Shown here: one piece after another, positions 28,981 to 39,802 of the stretch
Position numbering within the stretch: position 1 is the first letter of the stretch
Layout: each line of letters opens with the position of its first letter
DNA from: Acidobacteriota bacterium
GTDB lineage: Bacteria > Acidobacteriota > UBA890 > WLXD01
Assembly (NCBI GenBank): GCA_965248695.1
Contig: CBDFKD010000002.1
Location: forward strand, 480,001-544,000
DNA: 64,000 nucleotides
Reading direction: 5' to 3'
Notes under the pieces: model-generated
Told to the model about the DNA's origin: nothing
The model's database searches: none
Seen by the model: the letters and a program-made list of their open reading frames with translations, nothing else
Position numbers and translations under genes: made by a program

Positions 28981-30270
28981 TCAGTGCCAGTCGAGACGAT
29001 GCGCAGCGGCAATCGCTTCGGCGCGCGCCCGCGGGACGTGCGCGACGGCGGCGTACTCCGGCCACCGCGCCACCGTTGCCGACACATCGTCGAGGATCGA
29101 CAGCGCCAGCCCGCGCCGCAGCAGGGCGAGTTTGCCGAGCGCCAAGAAGTCGGCGGCTTCAAAGCGGTCGCGCTTGCGGTTGAGGCTCATCTGCTGCCGG
29201 GCGGTCCACGCCCCCTGCGGGTTGTAGCTGTAGGTCACGTCGAAGGCCGGAGCGAGCGACCAGTTCCCAGCGCGATCCATCAGGAACGCGACGTTCTTGA
29301 CATGATCGTCTTGGTTGCGCGCCACGATGTTGAACACCATGCGCCGGAACATCTGCTCGCGGCTGGCAGCGGGTAGAACGAGGCGCGCCATCACCTCGAA
29401 CGCCTGCTCGTAGGAGTGGGCTCCGGCGAGATTGAAGTCGTAGTGGGCGATGGCTCCCAGCGACAGCATGTGCAGCCGGCCCCCGCGCGCCGTACGGTCG
29501 AACCGGCGCGTCATGAAGTGATGTCGGGGTCCGTCGTCGAGAACCCGACACTCCGCCATCTCGATCCCCGCCTCCAAGGCCATGAGGTGATAGGCGTACT
29601 CGATGAGGCCGTAGCCGGCGGGGTCTTCCATCTCCTTGTCCCGGTTGCCAGCCACGCCGTCGAGCTTCAGGATCCAGTGCGAGAACCCGGCGGGCGCGGC
29701 GAGTTGACCGGAACGTACCTCGCCGGTATCGGGGTTCCAGGCAATTACCGCCTTGGCACGGGCACCGCCTGCCGACGTACCCACGCGCAGAATCTGCTCC
29801 AACCCCTCCGCGTCGAGTGCGTGCTGGAGATCCTGTCGCTGCGAGAGCACGTCGCTCGCCAGCTCGACGAGATGGTCCACTTGCAGCTGCTCGTCGGCTG
29901 TTGCGCTGGGACCAATCAGCGGCCGAAACTCTAGCGCTCCCATCCCACGCCGGCCGACGTAGCAAAGTCGTTCGACGGGGTCGAAATCGGTCGCGGCACG
30001 CCCCTGGGTGGCGAGCCAGGCGTCGATGAGCGCGTTGCCAAAGCGGTCGGGCAGCGAGTCGGCGAGCAGACCGGGCAGTCCCTGGAACGTCTGCCGCGAC
30101 AGCGCCGGGAAAGAGTGGATGCTCGCTCCCAGCGGCATCGTCAACGGCGCGACCTGAATGCCGCTGTCGCGGAACCCGTCGGCGTACTCGAAGAACGCCA
30201 GCGCCTGGTCCGGGTCCCACGACACCGCGCCAACCGTTCGACCCCACAGACGGACCTCGGCGAGGGTCAC
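28981..30270 (-). CDS. hipA: HipA family Ser/Thr kinase toxin (type II TA)
   Basis: N-terminal Couple_hipA-like region (LLADSLPDRFGNALID); P-loop GTSAGGARAK; RNQDDHVKN and LAPAFDV catalytic motifs. Confidence 0.93.
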   Translation of the reverse strand: MTLAEVRLWGRTVGAVSWDPDQALAFFEYADGFRDSGIQVAPLTMPLGASIHSFPALSRQTFQGLPGLLADSLPDRFGNALIDAWLATQGRAATDFDPVERLCYVGRRGMGALEFRPLIGPSATADEQLQVDHLVELASDVLSQRQDLQHALDAEGLEQILRVGTSAGGARAKAVIAWNPDTGEVRSGQLAAPAGFSHWILKLDGVAGNRDKEMEDPAGYGLIEYAYHLMALEAGIEMAECRVLDDGPRHHFMTRRFDRTARGGRLHMLSLGAIAHYDFNLAGAHSYEQAFEVMARLVLPAASREQMFRRMVFNIVARNQDDHVKNVAFLMDRAGNWSLAPAFDVTYSYNPQGAWTARQQMSLNRKRDRFEAADFLALGKLALLRRGLALSILDDVSATVARWPEYAAVAHVPRARAEAIAAAHRLDWH

Positions 30271-30623
30271 CGCTCATCACCCCAGGTCCAGGGTTCGGCC
30301 GACGTGCCTTGATCGAGCGCGGCGGCGCCCCGCGACGCGCGTTGCCTGCGCCGACCTCGCGTTCGCAGCTGCAGCATCGGGCTGACGGGCGGCTCCGGCA
30401 CCAGCACATCGAGGTTGACCACCAGATCGAGTGCCCGCAGCACCCGCACCATGTTCGTCAGGCTGGTCGACCGACCGCGCTCGAGCCTCGACACGGTGGG
30501 AACCGACACGCCGGCCTCGTCAGCCAGCCGCTCCTGCGACCAGTCCCGATTCAGCCGATGGCGAGCAAGCCGCTCCCCTACCCGTGCCAGGATTGCGGTA
30601 TCGGAATCTTCGGGTTCGTACAT
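30267..30623 (-). CDS. hipB: XRE-family HTH antitoxin (HipB-like)
   Basis: WSQERLADEAGVSVPTVSRLERG HTH; overlaps the hipA start by 4 nt. Confidence 0.85.
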   Translation of the reverse strand: MYEPEDSDTAILARVGERLARHRLNRDWSQERLADEAGVSVPTVSRLERGRSTSLTNMVRVLRALDLVVNLDVLVPEPPVSPMLQLRTRGRRRQRASRGAAALDQGTSAEPWTWGDER

Positions 30624-30687
30624 AACAAATCAATTATGATTTATTAATTGTTTAATATCAAGTAATACATCATTTTTGATCTGTTAT
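30622..30687 (-). promoter_or_regulatory. hipBA sigma70-type promoter with two palindromic operators
   Basis: Minus strand TTGATA (30661-30656)-17 bp-CATAAT (30638-30633) ends 9 nt before the ATG; ATCA-N4-TGAT palindromes at 30629-30640 and 30669-30680; 19-bp arms 30622-30640 and 30669-30687 form an inverted repeat with 3 mismatches; strongly AT-rich patch. Confidence 0.7.
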
Positions 30688-30730
30688 TTAAACACCATTC
30701 TCCGCAGAACCGTGTAGGGCGATGCCACCT

Positions 30731-31495
30731 TCACTGAGTTCGGAACGTCACCTCCGAGATCATTCGATTGCCGCGCTTCTCGATGGCCACCACGCGGACC
30801 TTGTAGTCCGTCTTGCGCTGTGTGAACTCGGGCGGCACCGTTACGCTCCTTGCCTTGGCGCCGACCTCGACAGAGAACGAACGCGGTTTCTTATCGAGGC
30901 TGGTGACCACGACCTCGTAGCCGACGGTCTTGGCGCGAAGCCGGGGTGGGCCGACATTAGGCATCCATTGGATGACAACGTCCCCGGGGTCGATGCCGGT
31001 GTCGCCCTCCAGGGGGAGAAGGAGTAGCGGCGCGGGCGGAAGCGCGTGCGTCAGCGGCGCCGATCCCGTCAGCGGCATTCCATCCGCTGTCGTCCCGTTG
31101 AAGGTGTACTCCCCCTCCGGAAAGAGGGCGAGGAGGTCCTCTAGAGGCTGCTCGTCGAAAGATGGCTCGGCGCTCTCGAAGAACAACTCCGTGATGCCCT
31201 GATTCCCCACCGGCCCGTCGGTGAATATGTCGGTGATCGGATCGTTGCTCGGGTCGCGCACAGACATGAAGTCCCAGCCCTCACCATCGAGGAAGATCTG
31301 GATTCCGGCGTCGCCATCCGTGTCATTGACTTCGATGAAGATGGCCGCGTCAGCGAGTGGAATCCTCGCCTGAGCGTGTGGACCCGTCTGGCCCAACGCC
31401 TCGTTCCTGGCGGCCGAGCCCGCGGCGCCCACAACGAGCGCGGCGCAAATCAGCGCCCAACGGGTCCAATTCGAACGAGTGTATTGACTCCTCAC
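30731..31495 (-). CDS. Secreted hypothetical protein with a C-terminal fibronectin-III/Ig-like domain
   Basis: RBS CAGGAGG before GTG 31495; signal-like WALICAALVVGAAGSAA; FN3-like pattern VIQW...GYEVVVT...YKVRVVAIEKRGN. Confidence 0.6.
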   Translation of the reverse strand: MRSQYTRSNWTRWALICAALVVGAAGSAARNEALGQTGPHAQARIPLADAAIFIEVNDTDGDAGIQIFLDGEGWDFMSVRDPSNDPITDIFTDGPVGNQGITELFFESAEPSFDEQPLEDLLALFPEGEYTFNGTTADGMPLTGSAPLTHALPPAPLLLLPLEGDTGIDPGDVVIQWMPNVGPPRLRAKTVGYEVVVTSLDKKPRSFSVEVGAKARSVTVPPEFTQRKTDYKVRVVAIEKRGNRMISEVTFRTQ

Positions 31496-31767
31496 CACAA
31501 CCTCCTGATCTCGCTGGCCGCCGTGGCGGCGGCCAGACACGCGCAGATCTTTCTGCCTAGTGGGTCATGGGAGATCCTGAACGCGTTCGCGCCACCGGCC
31601 GACCCCGCTCGAGAAGTGCACCGTGCAGGGTGGTTCGAAACCGAGTAACGTCGCACGCTACGCGGGCAGGTCCCACGTGTACGGAATTCGGCAACTCGGG
31701 CGCCGAGTGGACGGCCGACGGTGTGGTGTCTTGTCGCCGGTCCGCTGGACGCCCTCGGGAGGGCACC

Positions 31768-32283
31768 ATGACCGACGAAACGACTCTGTTTGAAGGCAGT
31801 TGTGCCTGCGGCGCCGTGCGCGTAGCCGTCACCGGGACACCGCGTGCCGCCGGCTATTGCCACTGCGAGTCTTGTCGCCGGTGGCATACCGCCCCGATCA
31901 ACGCCTGGGCCGCGTGGCCGGGTGACGCGGTGACCATTACCAAGGGCGAGGATGACCTCATCCAATACGACGCCTACCGACTTCGTCAGTTCGAAGACCA
32001 AGAGCCCACCGGCGGGCAAACGAGCGCCAACGGTCGCTGCGCCTGCCGCCGATGCGGCGCCGGGGTGATGAACCGCAGGCACGACGGGGTGACGGTCGTT
32101 TACCCGTCAGCGCTCTACGGCAGCGGCTTCACGCACGAGCCGAGCGTCCATATCCACTACCAGGAGCGCGTGCTCGACGTCCGGGACGGGCTGCCCAAGT
32201 TCGCCGACAGCCCGACGGATTTCGGCGGGTCTGGCGAGATGATCGAGGAGCCTCCAGCCACGGGGCCGACCGGCAGTAGCTGA
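31768..32283 (+). CDS. GFA/CENP-V family Zn-binding protein
   Basis: GSCACGAV, YCHCESCRRW, CRRCG, HIHYQERVLDVRDGLPKF; RBS GGAGGG before ATG 31768. Confidence 0.85.
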   Translation: MTDETTLFEGSCACGAVRVAVTGTPRAAGYCHCESCRRWHTAPINAWAAWPGDAVTITKGEDDLIQYDAYRLRQFEDQEPTGGQTSANGRCACRRCGAGVMNRRHDGVTVVYPSALYGSGFTHEPSVHIHYQERVLDVRDGLPKFADSPTDFGGSGEMIEEPPATGPTGSS

Positions 32284-32353
32284 CACCGAGCGCGCCGGAC
32301 AGCACCGTCGGCGGCGATCGATTACCGGAGCGCAGTCCTCGGCCGGTGTCTGG

Positions 32354-35137
32354 TCAGCCGGCGGCCATCCGTCTGAGCACGGTGTGCAGGATGCCGCCGT
32401 TGCGGTAGTAGTCGACCTCGACCGGCGTGTCGATGCGGACCACGGTGTCGAACTCCGTCACTGCACCGTCGACCTTGGTGGTGCGAACGGTGAGCGTCTG
32501 CTTCGGCTGCAACTGCTCGGGCAGATCGATGTCGAAGGTCTCGGAGCCGTCGAGGCCGATGCTGTCGGCCGTGTCACCGGGTGTGAAGGTCAACGGCAGC
32601 ACGCCCATGCCGAGCAAGTTAGATCGGTGAATGCGCTCGTATGATGTGGCGATCACCGCCTTGACGCCCAGCAGCAGCGTGCCTTTGGCGGCCCAGTCGC
32701 GTGACGAGCCCATGCCGTAGTCCTTGCCGGCGAGCACCACCAACGGAACTCCGGCGGCGCTGTAGCTCTCCGAGGCTTCGTAGACCGTCTTCACGGCCCC
32801 ATCGGTGAAGTCGGTGGTCAACCCGCCTTCGGTACCGGGGGCGAGCTGGTTGCGCACGCGCACGTTGGCGAACGTGCCGCGCGTCATGACGTTGTGGTTG
32901 CCGCGCCGTGATCCGTAGCTATTGAACATCGACCGCTCGACACCGCGACCGCTCAGGTACTCGCCGGCGGGCGTGTCGGGGCCGATGGCGCCGGCCGGCG
33001 AGATGTGGTCGGTGGTCGTCGAATCGCCCATTTTCGCCAGACAACGCGCGCCGCGAATGGACGCGATCGGAGGCGGCTCGGGCGGCATGTCCATGAAGAA
33101 CGTCGGTTCCTGTATATAGGTGCTGTCGTCGGACCACTCGTAGTTGGCGGCATCCGAGGTGGCGATTGCCTTCCACTCGTCGCTGCCTTCGAAGACGTTG
33201 CCGTACTTGTCGAGGAACTGGTCGCGCGACAACGAATCCCCGACGACTGTCTGGATCTCGTCCTCGCTCGGCCAGATCTCGTGCAGGAACACGTCGTTGC
33301 CGTCGGGGTCCTGCCCGAGGGGATCGTTGACCAGGTCGATGTCGACCGTGCCAGCGAGGGCGAACGCCACCACCAGCGGCGGTGAGGCCAGGTAGTTGGC
33401 CTTGATATCGGCGTGGATACGACCCTCGAAGTTGCGGTTGCCGGAGAGCACAGAGGCAACCGTGAGGTCATGGTCGCGCACCGCCGCTCCGATGGCCTCC
33501 GGCAAGGGTCCGGAGTTGCCGATACACGTGGTGCAGCCGAAGCCGACCACGTAGAAGCCCATGGTCTCGAGCTCATCGAGCAAACCGGCCTTCTCCAGGT
33601 AGTCGGTCACCACCTGCGAGCCGGGCGCCAGCGAGGTCTTCACCCATGGCTGTCGTTGCAGGCCGCGGCGCGCCGCGTTGCGCGCCAGCAGCCCGGCGCC
33701 CACCATGACGCTCGGGTTCGACGTATTGGTGCAGCTGGTGATGGCGGCAATGACCACGGCGCCGTCGCGCAGGTGGAACATATCGCCATCGAGATCGACC
33801 TCCACGGAACGCACCAGCCCGGTTGCGACGGCGGCGGCCTCGGCGGAGAGCGCTCCGCCGGCAGCACCCATTCCCGACAAAGCTCCGTCGCCGGACGCCA
33901 CGAGGCCGAGCGACGCCGCGTCGAGCTCCGCGTCATCGCGCGCGAACGTGGTGGCGAGCCCCTCACGCCACCGGACGCCCATGTCGCCGAGCGCGATTCG
34001 ATCCTGCGGTCGCTTGGGACCGGCCAGCGCTGGTTCGACGCTGCCGAGATCCAGCGATAGCCCATCGGAGTAGGTGATCGACCGCTCGTCGTCGCGCCAT
34101 AGACCCTGGGCGCGGTAGTAGGCCTCGACGGTATCGATGAGCTCCTGGGACCGGCCAGTAAGCCACATGTATTCCAGCACCCGTTCATCGACTGGGAAGA
34201 AACCGCAGGTGGCGCCGTATTCGGGGGCCATGTTGGCGATCGTCGCCCGATTGGCCACCGGCATCGCCGCCAGCCCGGGGCCGTAAAACTCGACGAACTT
34301 TCCGACCACGCCCAGCTCGCGCAGCATCTCGGTCACGCGCAGCACCATATCCGTTGCGGTGCTCCCGGCTCTCAATTCCCCTTCGAGACGAAACCCCACC
34401 ACCTCGGGCATCAACATGTAGATCGGCTGCCCGAGCATCACCGCCTCGGCCTCGATACCGCCCACGCCCCAGCCGAGCACGCCGAGGCCATTGATCATCG
34501 TGGTGTGCGAGTCGGTACCTACGAGGCAGTCGGGGTACAGCTGTTCACCGTCGTCCCACACCACCTTAGCGAGGTACTCGAGATTTACCTGGTGCACGAT
34601 GCCGGTGGCCGGCGGCACGACGCGAAAGTTGTCGAAGCCGCTCTGGCCCCACTTGAGGAACTCGTAGCGCTCGCGGTTACGCTCGAACTCTTTCTCGGCG
34701 TTGATCTGCAACGCCATGCCGGAGTTGAACGCGTCGACCTGTACCGAGTGATCGATCACCAGATCGCAAGCCACCAGCGGGTTCACCTTCGACGGGTCGC
34801 CGCCCATGCGCACCATCGCCGAGCGCATGGCGGCCAGATCGACGACCGCGGGGACGCCCGTGAAGTCCTGCAACACCACACGGCCGGGGGTGAAGGGAAT
34901 CTCGACGGCGGCAACGTTGGCGGCGTCGTAGCTTGCGAGCGCCCCCAGGTGCCCAGCGGTTACCACATGGTCGTCGAAGTTGCGCAGACAGGACTCGAGC
35001 AGCACCTTGATCGTGTAGGGCAGCGAATCGATCGCGCCAAGATCGCTCAGCGCGTTCAGGCGAACGATCTGCCGCTCTCCGAGGGCGGTGTCCAGGCTCT
35101 GGCGAGCTTGCCGGACGAGCTCCGTGATCTCATGCAT
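32354..35137 (-). CDS. acnA: Aconitate hydratase A
   Basis: [79 protein letters not shown]; start taken at MHEITEL. Confidence 0.96.
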   Translation of the reverse strand: MHEITELVRQARQSLDTALGERQIVRLNALSDLGAIDSLPYTIKVLLESCLRNFDDHVVTAGHLGALASYDAANVAAVEIPFTPGRVVLQDFTGVPAVVDLAAMRSAMVRMGGDPSKVNPLVACDLVIDHSVQVDAFNSGMALQINAEKEFERNRERYEFLKWGQSGFDNFRVVPPATGIVHQVNLEYLAKVVWDDGEQLYPDCLVGTDSHTTMINGLGVLGWGVGGIEAEAVMLGQPIYMLMPEVVGFRLEGELRAGSTATDMVLRVTEMLRELGVVGKFVEFYGPGLAAMPVANRATIANMAPEYGATCGFFPVDERVLEYMWLTGRSQELIDTVEAYYRAQGLWRDDERSITYSDGLSLDLGSVEPALAGPKRPQDRIALGDMGVRWREGLATTFARDDAELDAASLGLVASGDGALSGMGAAGGALSAEAAAVATGLVRSVEVDLDGDMFHLRDGAVVIAAITSCTNTSNPSVMVGAGLLARNAARRGLQRQPWVKTSLAPGSQVVTDYLEKAGLLDELETMGFYVVGFGCTTCIGNSGPLPEAIGAAVRDHDLTVASVLSGNRNFEGRIHADIKANYLASPPLVVAFALAGTVDIDLVNDPLGQDPDGNDVFLHEIWPSEDEIQTVVGDSLSRDQFLDKYGNVFEGSDEWKAIATSDAANYEWSDDSTYIQEPTFFMDMPPEPPPIASIRGARCLAKMGDSTTTDHISPAGAIGPDTPAGEYLSGRGVERSMFNSYGSRRGNHNVMTRGTFANVRVRNQLAPGTEGGLTTDFTDGAVKTVYEASESYSAAGVPLVVLAGKDYGMGSSRDWAAKGTLLLGVKAVIATSYERIHRSNLLGMGVLPLTFTPGDTADSIGLDGSETFDIDLPEQLQPKQTLTVRTTKVDGAVTEFDTVVRIDTPVEVDYYRNGGILHTVLRRMAAG

Positions 35138-35262
35138 GCGTCCGATTCTAGCGCAGGCCTTCGGAGGCCACTCCCGAGCATCGGCCGTTTTACAGATCGC
35201 CAGCCTCGCGATACCGTACGGCGCCCCAACAGCCCGAGTAGCCAATCACAAGGAGAGCTTCT

Positions 35263-35649
35263 GTGTCAGAGAACGTGAAGCGACGACCTGACGGAGTAAC
35301 GATCCTCGCGCTCTGGTACCTGGTGTTAGCAGGTGGGGCTGCGTTCGGCGCCTGCGCGATGACTATCCCCATCGGGGTCATGTCGTTCGTCGCCGATATA
35401 CCGGCCGGAACGAGCCGCATCGCGGCGCTGGCGCTCGGCGTCGGCCTCACGGTCACGCTCGTTGTTGGCGCCGTCTGTGCGCTGCTCGCCTGGGGTCTGT
35501 GGACCATGAAGGAGTGGGCCCGGATCGCCGCGCTGGCTCTGGCTATCCTCCACCTGCCGTTCTTCCCGGTCGGCGCCGCCATCGGTGTCGCAACGCTGTG
35601 GTACGTCGGCACGCACCCGGAGGCCCAGGAGGCGTTTGGCAGCCCTTGA
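35263..35649 (+). CDS. Small integral membrane hypothetical protein
   Basis: RBS AAGGAG before GTG; RPDGVTIL N-terminus; 3-4 hydrophobic segments; GLWTMKEWARI motif. Confidence 0.65.
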   Translation: MSENVKRRPDGVTILALWYLVLAGGAAFGACAMTIPIGVMSFVADIPAGTSRIAALALGVGLTVTLVVGAVCALLAWGLWTMKEWARIAALALAILHLPFFPVGAAIGVATLWYVGTHPEAQEAFGSP

Positions 35650-35696
35650 TCGTATGCCTCACGCTGCGTCGAGTTTGCGCGCGCACCTCAGAGGCT

Positions 35697-36609
35697 CTAC
35701 CAGCTGACGTATTTGTACATCAGGCGGATGAGCTGGTAGGCCTCGCCCATGGTGCGCGCCTCGTATTCCACCGTCGTGCCGTCAACCCGGCTCATGCCGG
35801 GAATCGCCTGCAGGATATCGGCGCGTGTGGTCGTCGCCGACCGCATGCGCAACACGACCGGCTCCGACACCGATAAGGTCGTGGCGCCGGGAAGATCGGC
35901 GAGCGCCGCCAGCGTCGCTTCGCGTAGAGCGGCGAGCACCACCGCCGGGTGCAGGAGCTTGGCGACCGAGGATCCGATGGCTTTCTTTGGTGGCCACGGT
36001 GCGCGTATTGACCAAGGCGCTGAACTGCTCCGTGAACGTCCGGTCGCCGGCAGCAACGATCACCGGCACCCCCTGGGCCGCAGCGAAGTGCGCGTTGAGC
36101 CCGCCCTCGCCCACCTCTGTTCCGTTCAACCACAGGCCCTTCACCGAACCGGATCCGGTGTGGGCCAGGAAACCGTCCGGGGTCCCGGCGCGGGCGTGAT
36201 AGCCCAGGAAGATAGCCGCATCGAACGAGCTGTCGAGGCCCTGCACCATTCCCAGTGGCTTGATGTTCCCCTGGATGTACTCGACCCGCTCGTCGAGCTC
36301 GGTGTGCAGGAGGTTCTGCATATCGCCGTGGGAGTCGTTCACCAGGACCTCTGCCGGCCCGTGCGCGAAAATCGCCTCGACCACCGTGTTGACCTCGGCC
36401 GTCATGAGCTCGCGACCGCGGGCGTAGTCCTTGCCGGCTCCGGAGGTCATCTTGCCCGTGCCGATGCCGCCGATTCCCTCCATATCCACAGAGATGAAGA
36501 TCCGCAGCGCCTCGTCCTGGGCGCCGACCGCGGTGCCTGCAACGCCGGCAACGGTCGCCCCGAGGGCCATGACGACAACCAACAAATGCGGCCCGACACG
36601 TCGAATCAT
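35697..36609 (-). pseudogene. dppA: M55 family D-aminopeptidase with signal peptide, frameshifted at ~35983
   Basis: IFISVDMEGIGG, LVNDSHG, FLGYHARAG, LAHT, GEGGLNA. The frame breaks at ACC AAA GAA A GCC ATC (one extra A) and continues AIGSSVAKLLHP...YKYVSW in another frame. May be a sequencing error. Confidence 0.8.
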
Positions 36610-36650
36610 GGCGCCGACTGTAGCAGTTCTAAGGTCAGCTGCCAGGCCGT

Positions 36651-38339
36651 CTACGCTCGCGCCGCGGTCCACGCCACGGCGGGCAACTTCCTCCAGGAAG
36701 GCTGCGCTTCGAACTCGGTCCATAGGCGGCCGAAGCTGTGCAGGGTGCGGTGACCGGGAAGCCACGGCGGAATGGGCCATTGCTTGAACGGTGCTCGTGC
36801 CACCGATTTCTGCGGACGATCGAACATCAGGGCGTTACCGACGGTACCGATCCCGGATCGCACGTCGCTCAGGGTGTTGCCGGGAAATGCTCCCCACGAG
36901 GTCGACGACAGGCCGAACAGCACCGACGACCAAGTGTTGATCGCGACGCCGCCGTAGCGCAGATCCGCAACTGCCTGATCGAGGTGTGTCGCAAGATCCC
37001 TCTCGGTACGCGGGTCGATGAGCAGGTTGCACGAGAGGTTGCCCCAGATCTCGTCGTTGGCGACGCGGGTGGCTTGCGCCAGGAAATCACCGGCATCGGC
37101 TGCCGGTACGGGAACCTCCGCGAGAACGCCACAGAACGCCTCGTTGCCGAGGGCGTACTCCTCGCGCCGCGGCGCCAGATCTAGGATCAACGTCCATGGC
37201 AACGTGTCGTCCGCCGCCGCTTCGCCCAGCCTCTGCGCTCCGGCGTACGCGACGCAAAACCGCCGATGGCGATCCGCCGCACCGGGATAGTAGGCGCGCC
37301 GCTGAGGCGTGGCAGCAAGAATCTCGCGCAGTCGATCGACGAAGCGCTCGCGCAGCCCCCATTGCGCCTGCACCAAAAGTGCCTTCGCAGCGGTGCAGTT
37401 GAAGCTGGCGTTGTGCGTAACCATGCCGGCGACGCTGCGAGCCTGAAACTCGAGCTCCGCGTCGGTCCATTCGCCCGGCACCACGATAACCGGGCTGACA
37501 CAGCCGAGCTCAGAGGTGATGTGCTTGTCGATAACCGGCGCTCCCGTGTCCTTGCGTCGGCGACGCTCGTCCTCACTGGAACCCCACACGATAGCGTCGT
37601 GGGTATGGTGCGAGCCGGTGAGGTGAATCGAGGTCACGGCCTCGTGGCGGCACAGATAGGCGCCTACGTCGGCACCACCGTAGACGATCCGCAGGAAACC
37701 GGCCTCGACCAGCGCCGCGAAGGCCCTCTCGAAGACCGGCCCGAGGTAGGCGTTCACCGGGTGCATCTTGAGCACCACGACCTCGTCCTCAACGCATAGC
37801 TTGTGCACCAGATCGCGCGGGGCTATCGCCGAGATATTCCCGGCCCCGAGCACCAGCGCGACGCCTCCCCCGAAGGCTCGATCCTTCTGCTTGTCGCGAT
37901 AGAGCCGCCCGCGCCGCGGCTCCGCGCCCGGCTCGATCCGCACCTCGGCAGTGATCCCCGCCAGCACGAGCTTCTCCAGCGGCCCGTCCGGAGTCACCTC
38001 GACGATGACCTGGCCGGCACGCTCGCGCGTCGCGACGGGTGCCCGCCAGTCGTCGGCGTGCAGCGTCGCGGCGGTGACGCGAAGACAACGGATGGTGGTC
38101 ATCGGGCCGCTCAGCCAAGCTTCACCCGCAAGCGGCGACTTGGGATCGATGCCCTTCGCGGCGCATACCCGGCTGACCCACTCCGGCGCCGCACGGCGGA
38201 CGCCCGCCAGACACGTCCTCAGCAGCGCCGCCCGCTCGCGAGCATCGACTCGTATCCAGGCGCCGCGCCGCTGGCGAAGGCGCTCCAGCGCCGCGTCGAG
38301 ATCAGCGGTCGGTGTCGCCGCCACGGACGTCGTGGTCAC
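36651..38339 (-). CDS. Aldehyde dehydrogenase family protein
   Basis: LVLGAGN, VLKMHPVN, IHLTGS, SELGCVSP (Glu), SFNCTA (Cys), EAFCGVL. Confidence 0.85.
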   Translation of the reverse strand: MTTTSVAATPTADLDAALERLRQRRGAWIRVDARERAALLRTCLAGVRRAAPEWVSRVCAAKGIDPKSPLAGEAWLSGPMTTIRCLRVTAATLHADDWRAPVATRERAGQVIVEVTPDGPLEKLVLAGITAEVRIEPGAEPRRGRLYRDKQKDRAFGGGVALVLGAGNISAIAPRDLVHKLCVEDEVVVLKMHPVNAYLGPVFERAFAALVEAGFLRIVYGGADVGAYLCRHEAVTSIHLTGSHHTHDAIVWGSSEDERRRRKDTGAPVIDKHITSELGCVSPVIVVPGEWTDAELEFQARSVAGMVTHNASFNCTAAKALLVQAQWGLRERFVDRLREILAATPQRRAYYPGAADRHRRFCVAYAGAQRLGEAAADDTLPWTLILDLAPRREEYALGNEAFCGVLAEVPVPAADAGDFLAQATRVANDEIWGNLSCNLLIDPRTERDLATHLDQAVADLRYGGVAINTWSSVLFGLSSTSWGAFPGNTLSDVRSGIGTVGNALMFDRPQKSVARAPFKQWPIPPWLPGHRTLHSFGRLWTEFEAQPSWRKLPAVAWTAARA

Positions 38340-38343
38340 CGCG

Positions 38344-39777
38344 CTAGCGCACGCGCTCGAACCACAGATCGACGACGCGTCCAGCGTCGAGCTCGAAGCC
38401 GCTCACCCGCCCGGCCGAGTCGCGCTCGAATCGGAACAGTACCGGCCATTCCTCCGCGCGCATGTGGTCCGGCCCCTCCGACGCCAGACGATCGCGACGA
38501 CGCAGAGAGATCTCCCAGAACAGCTCGCCATCCTGGATCTCCAGCATATAGGTGACGCGTAACTCCGGGCTCACGTAACGGCCTTCGAAATCCCTCAGCT
38601 CGGCAACCGACAGCGCGAACTCCTGCGGCGCCCCTACCGCATCCTCGACCGCCGCCACCGACGGGCGCGGCCCGAGCTCGTCGGCAAGATAGATGTCGGC
38701 GACACGACGCCCGAGCTCGGAGGGGTTGGCGGTCGAGACATTGCACAAGACGGTCACGCCGAAACGCTGCTCCGGGAACCGCAGCAAGTCGGCCCGGAAA
38801 CCGACGAAGGCGCCGCCGTGACTCACCAGACGCTGACCACGATAGGTCGTAACCGCAATCCCGGCCGAGTACTCGATCGGCTCGCCGCTGTCGAGCGTGC
38901 CGGGCTGTAGCCAGCGTCGGACAAGCTCCGGAGATCCGCCTCCTAGACGGTTGTCGTAGAAGTTGCGGTCCCAGGGGAGCGACTCGTTGACGGTCGTGAA
39001 GAGGCCTCCGTCGCCGACGATGGGTAGCGTCGTCATGCTGACGTCGAATCCACCGTCGCCGGGGGAATAGCCGTAGGCGCGGTTGGGCACCAAGCGAGTG
39101 TGCTCATCGTGCAAGTGCGTCCGACCCATCCCGAGCGGTGCGAAGATCCGTTCCTTGGCCACAGCGGCCAGGCTCTGCCCGGTGACCCGCTCGACCACCT
39201 CACCGAGCAGGAAGTACCCTGAGTTCGAGTACAGGTGCTCGGCCCCCGGACGGAAGTTGAGGTCGCGCTGACGCGACAACATGGCCAGCAGATCGTCGGC
39301 CGAGTAGTAGTCGGCTTCGCGGTACCCGGCCAGTGCCATCAGGGTCAGGTAGTCGCGGATACCGCTGGTGTGGTGGATCAGCTGCCGGACGGTGATGCGG
39401 TCGCCGAAGTCACGCAGCTCCGGTACCCAGCGGCGGACAGGATCATCGAGCGACAGCCGCCCTTCCTCGGCCAGCAACAGGATGACCATAGCGGTGAACT
39501 GTTTGCTGACCGAGCCGGTCCGGAACACCGTGTCGGCGGTGATCGGAACCGAGTGCTCGAGGCTCGCCATGCCGTATCCACGCCGATAGATGAACTCGCC
39601 GTCACGGATCACGCCGAGGGCGCACCCCGGTGTTTGGTCGCCGTAGGCGGCAAACACCGCGTCGACCTCGGGCATCGCCCCCGCCAGCGGCGCATCGACC
39701 GGGTTGCTGCAGCCAGCGATCCACATGAGCAACACGGCGCTCGGCGCCAGGCGTCGCCAGGCGATGCGATGCATCAT
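38344..39777 (-). CDS. Serine hydrolase, beta-lactamase class C/PBP-like family, probable lipoprotein
   Basis: SVSK (SxxK), LIHHTSGI, YSNSGY, HGG; lipobox-like WIAGC; start taken at MMHRIAW. Confidence 0.87.
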   Translation of the reverse strand: MMHRIAWRRLAPSAVLLMWIAGCSNPVDAPLAGAMPEVDAVFAAYGDQTPGCALGVIRDGEFIYRRGYGMASLEHSVPITADTVFRTGSVSKQFTAMVILLLAEEGRLSLDDPVRRWVPELRDFGDRITVRQLIHHTSGIRDYLTLMALAGYREADYYSADDLLAMLSRQRDLNFRPGAEHLYSNSGYFLLGEVVERVTGQSLAAVAKERIFAPLGMGRTHLHDEHTRLVPNRAYGYSPGDGGFDVSMTTLPIVGDGGLFTTVNESLPWDRNFYDNRLGGGSPELVRRWLQPGTLDSGEPIEYSAGIAVTTYRGQRLVSHGGAFVGFRADLLRFPEQRFGVTVLCNVSTANPSELGRRVADIYLADELGPRPSVAAVEDAVGAPQEFALSVAELRDFEGRYVSPELRVTYMLEIQDGELFWEISLRRRDRLASEGPDHMRAEEWPVLFRFERDSAGRVSGFELDAGRVVDLWFERVR

Positions 39778-39802
39778 TCGCGCTCCAGCCGAAGACGCCG
39801 GT

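Noticed and set aside
31728-31882. 14-bp direct repeat gtcttgtcgccggt at 31728 and 31869
   Set aside because: Only two copies, one inside the GFA coding region. It is not CRISPR-like or att-like and is plausibly chance.
33800-33960. Ala/Gly-rich insertion in aconitase
   Set aside because: It falls in a region that varies in length among AcnA proteins, and has no intein or mobile-element signature.
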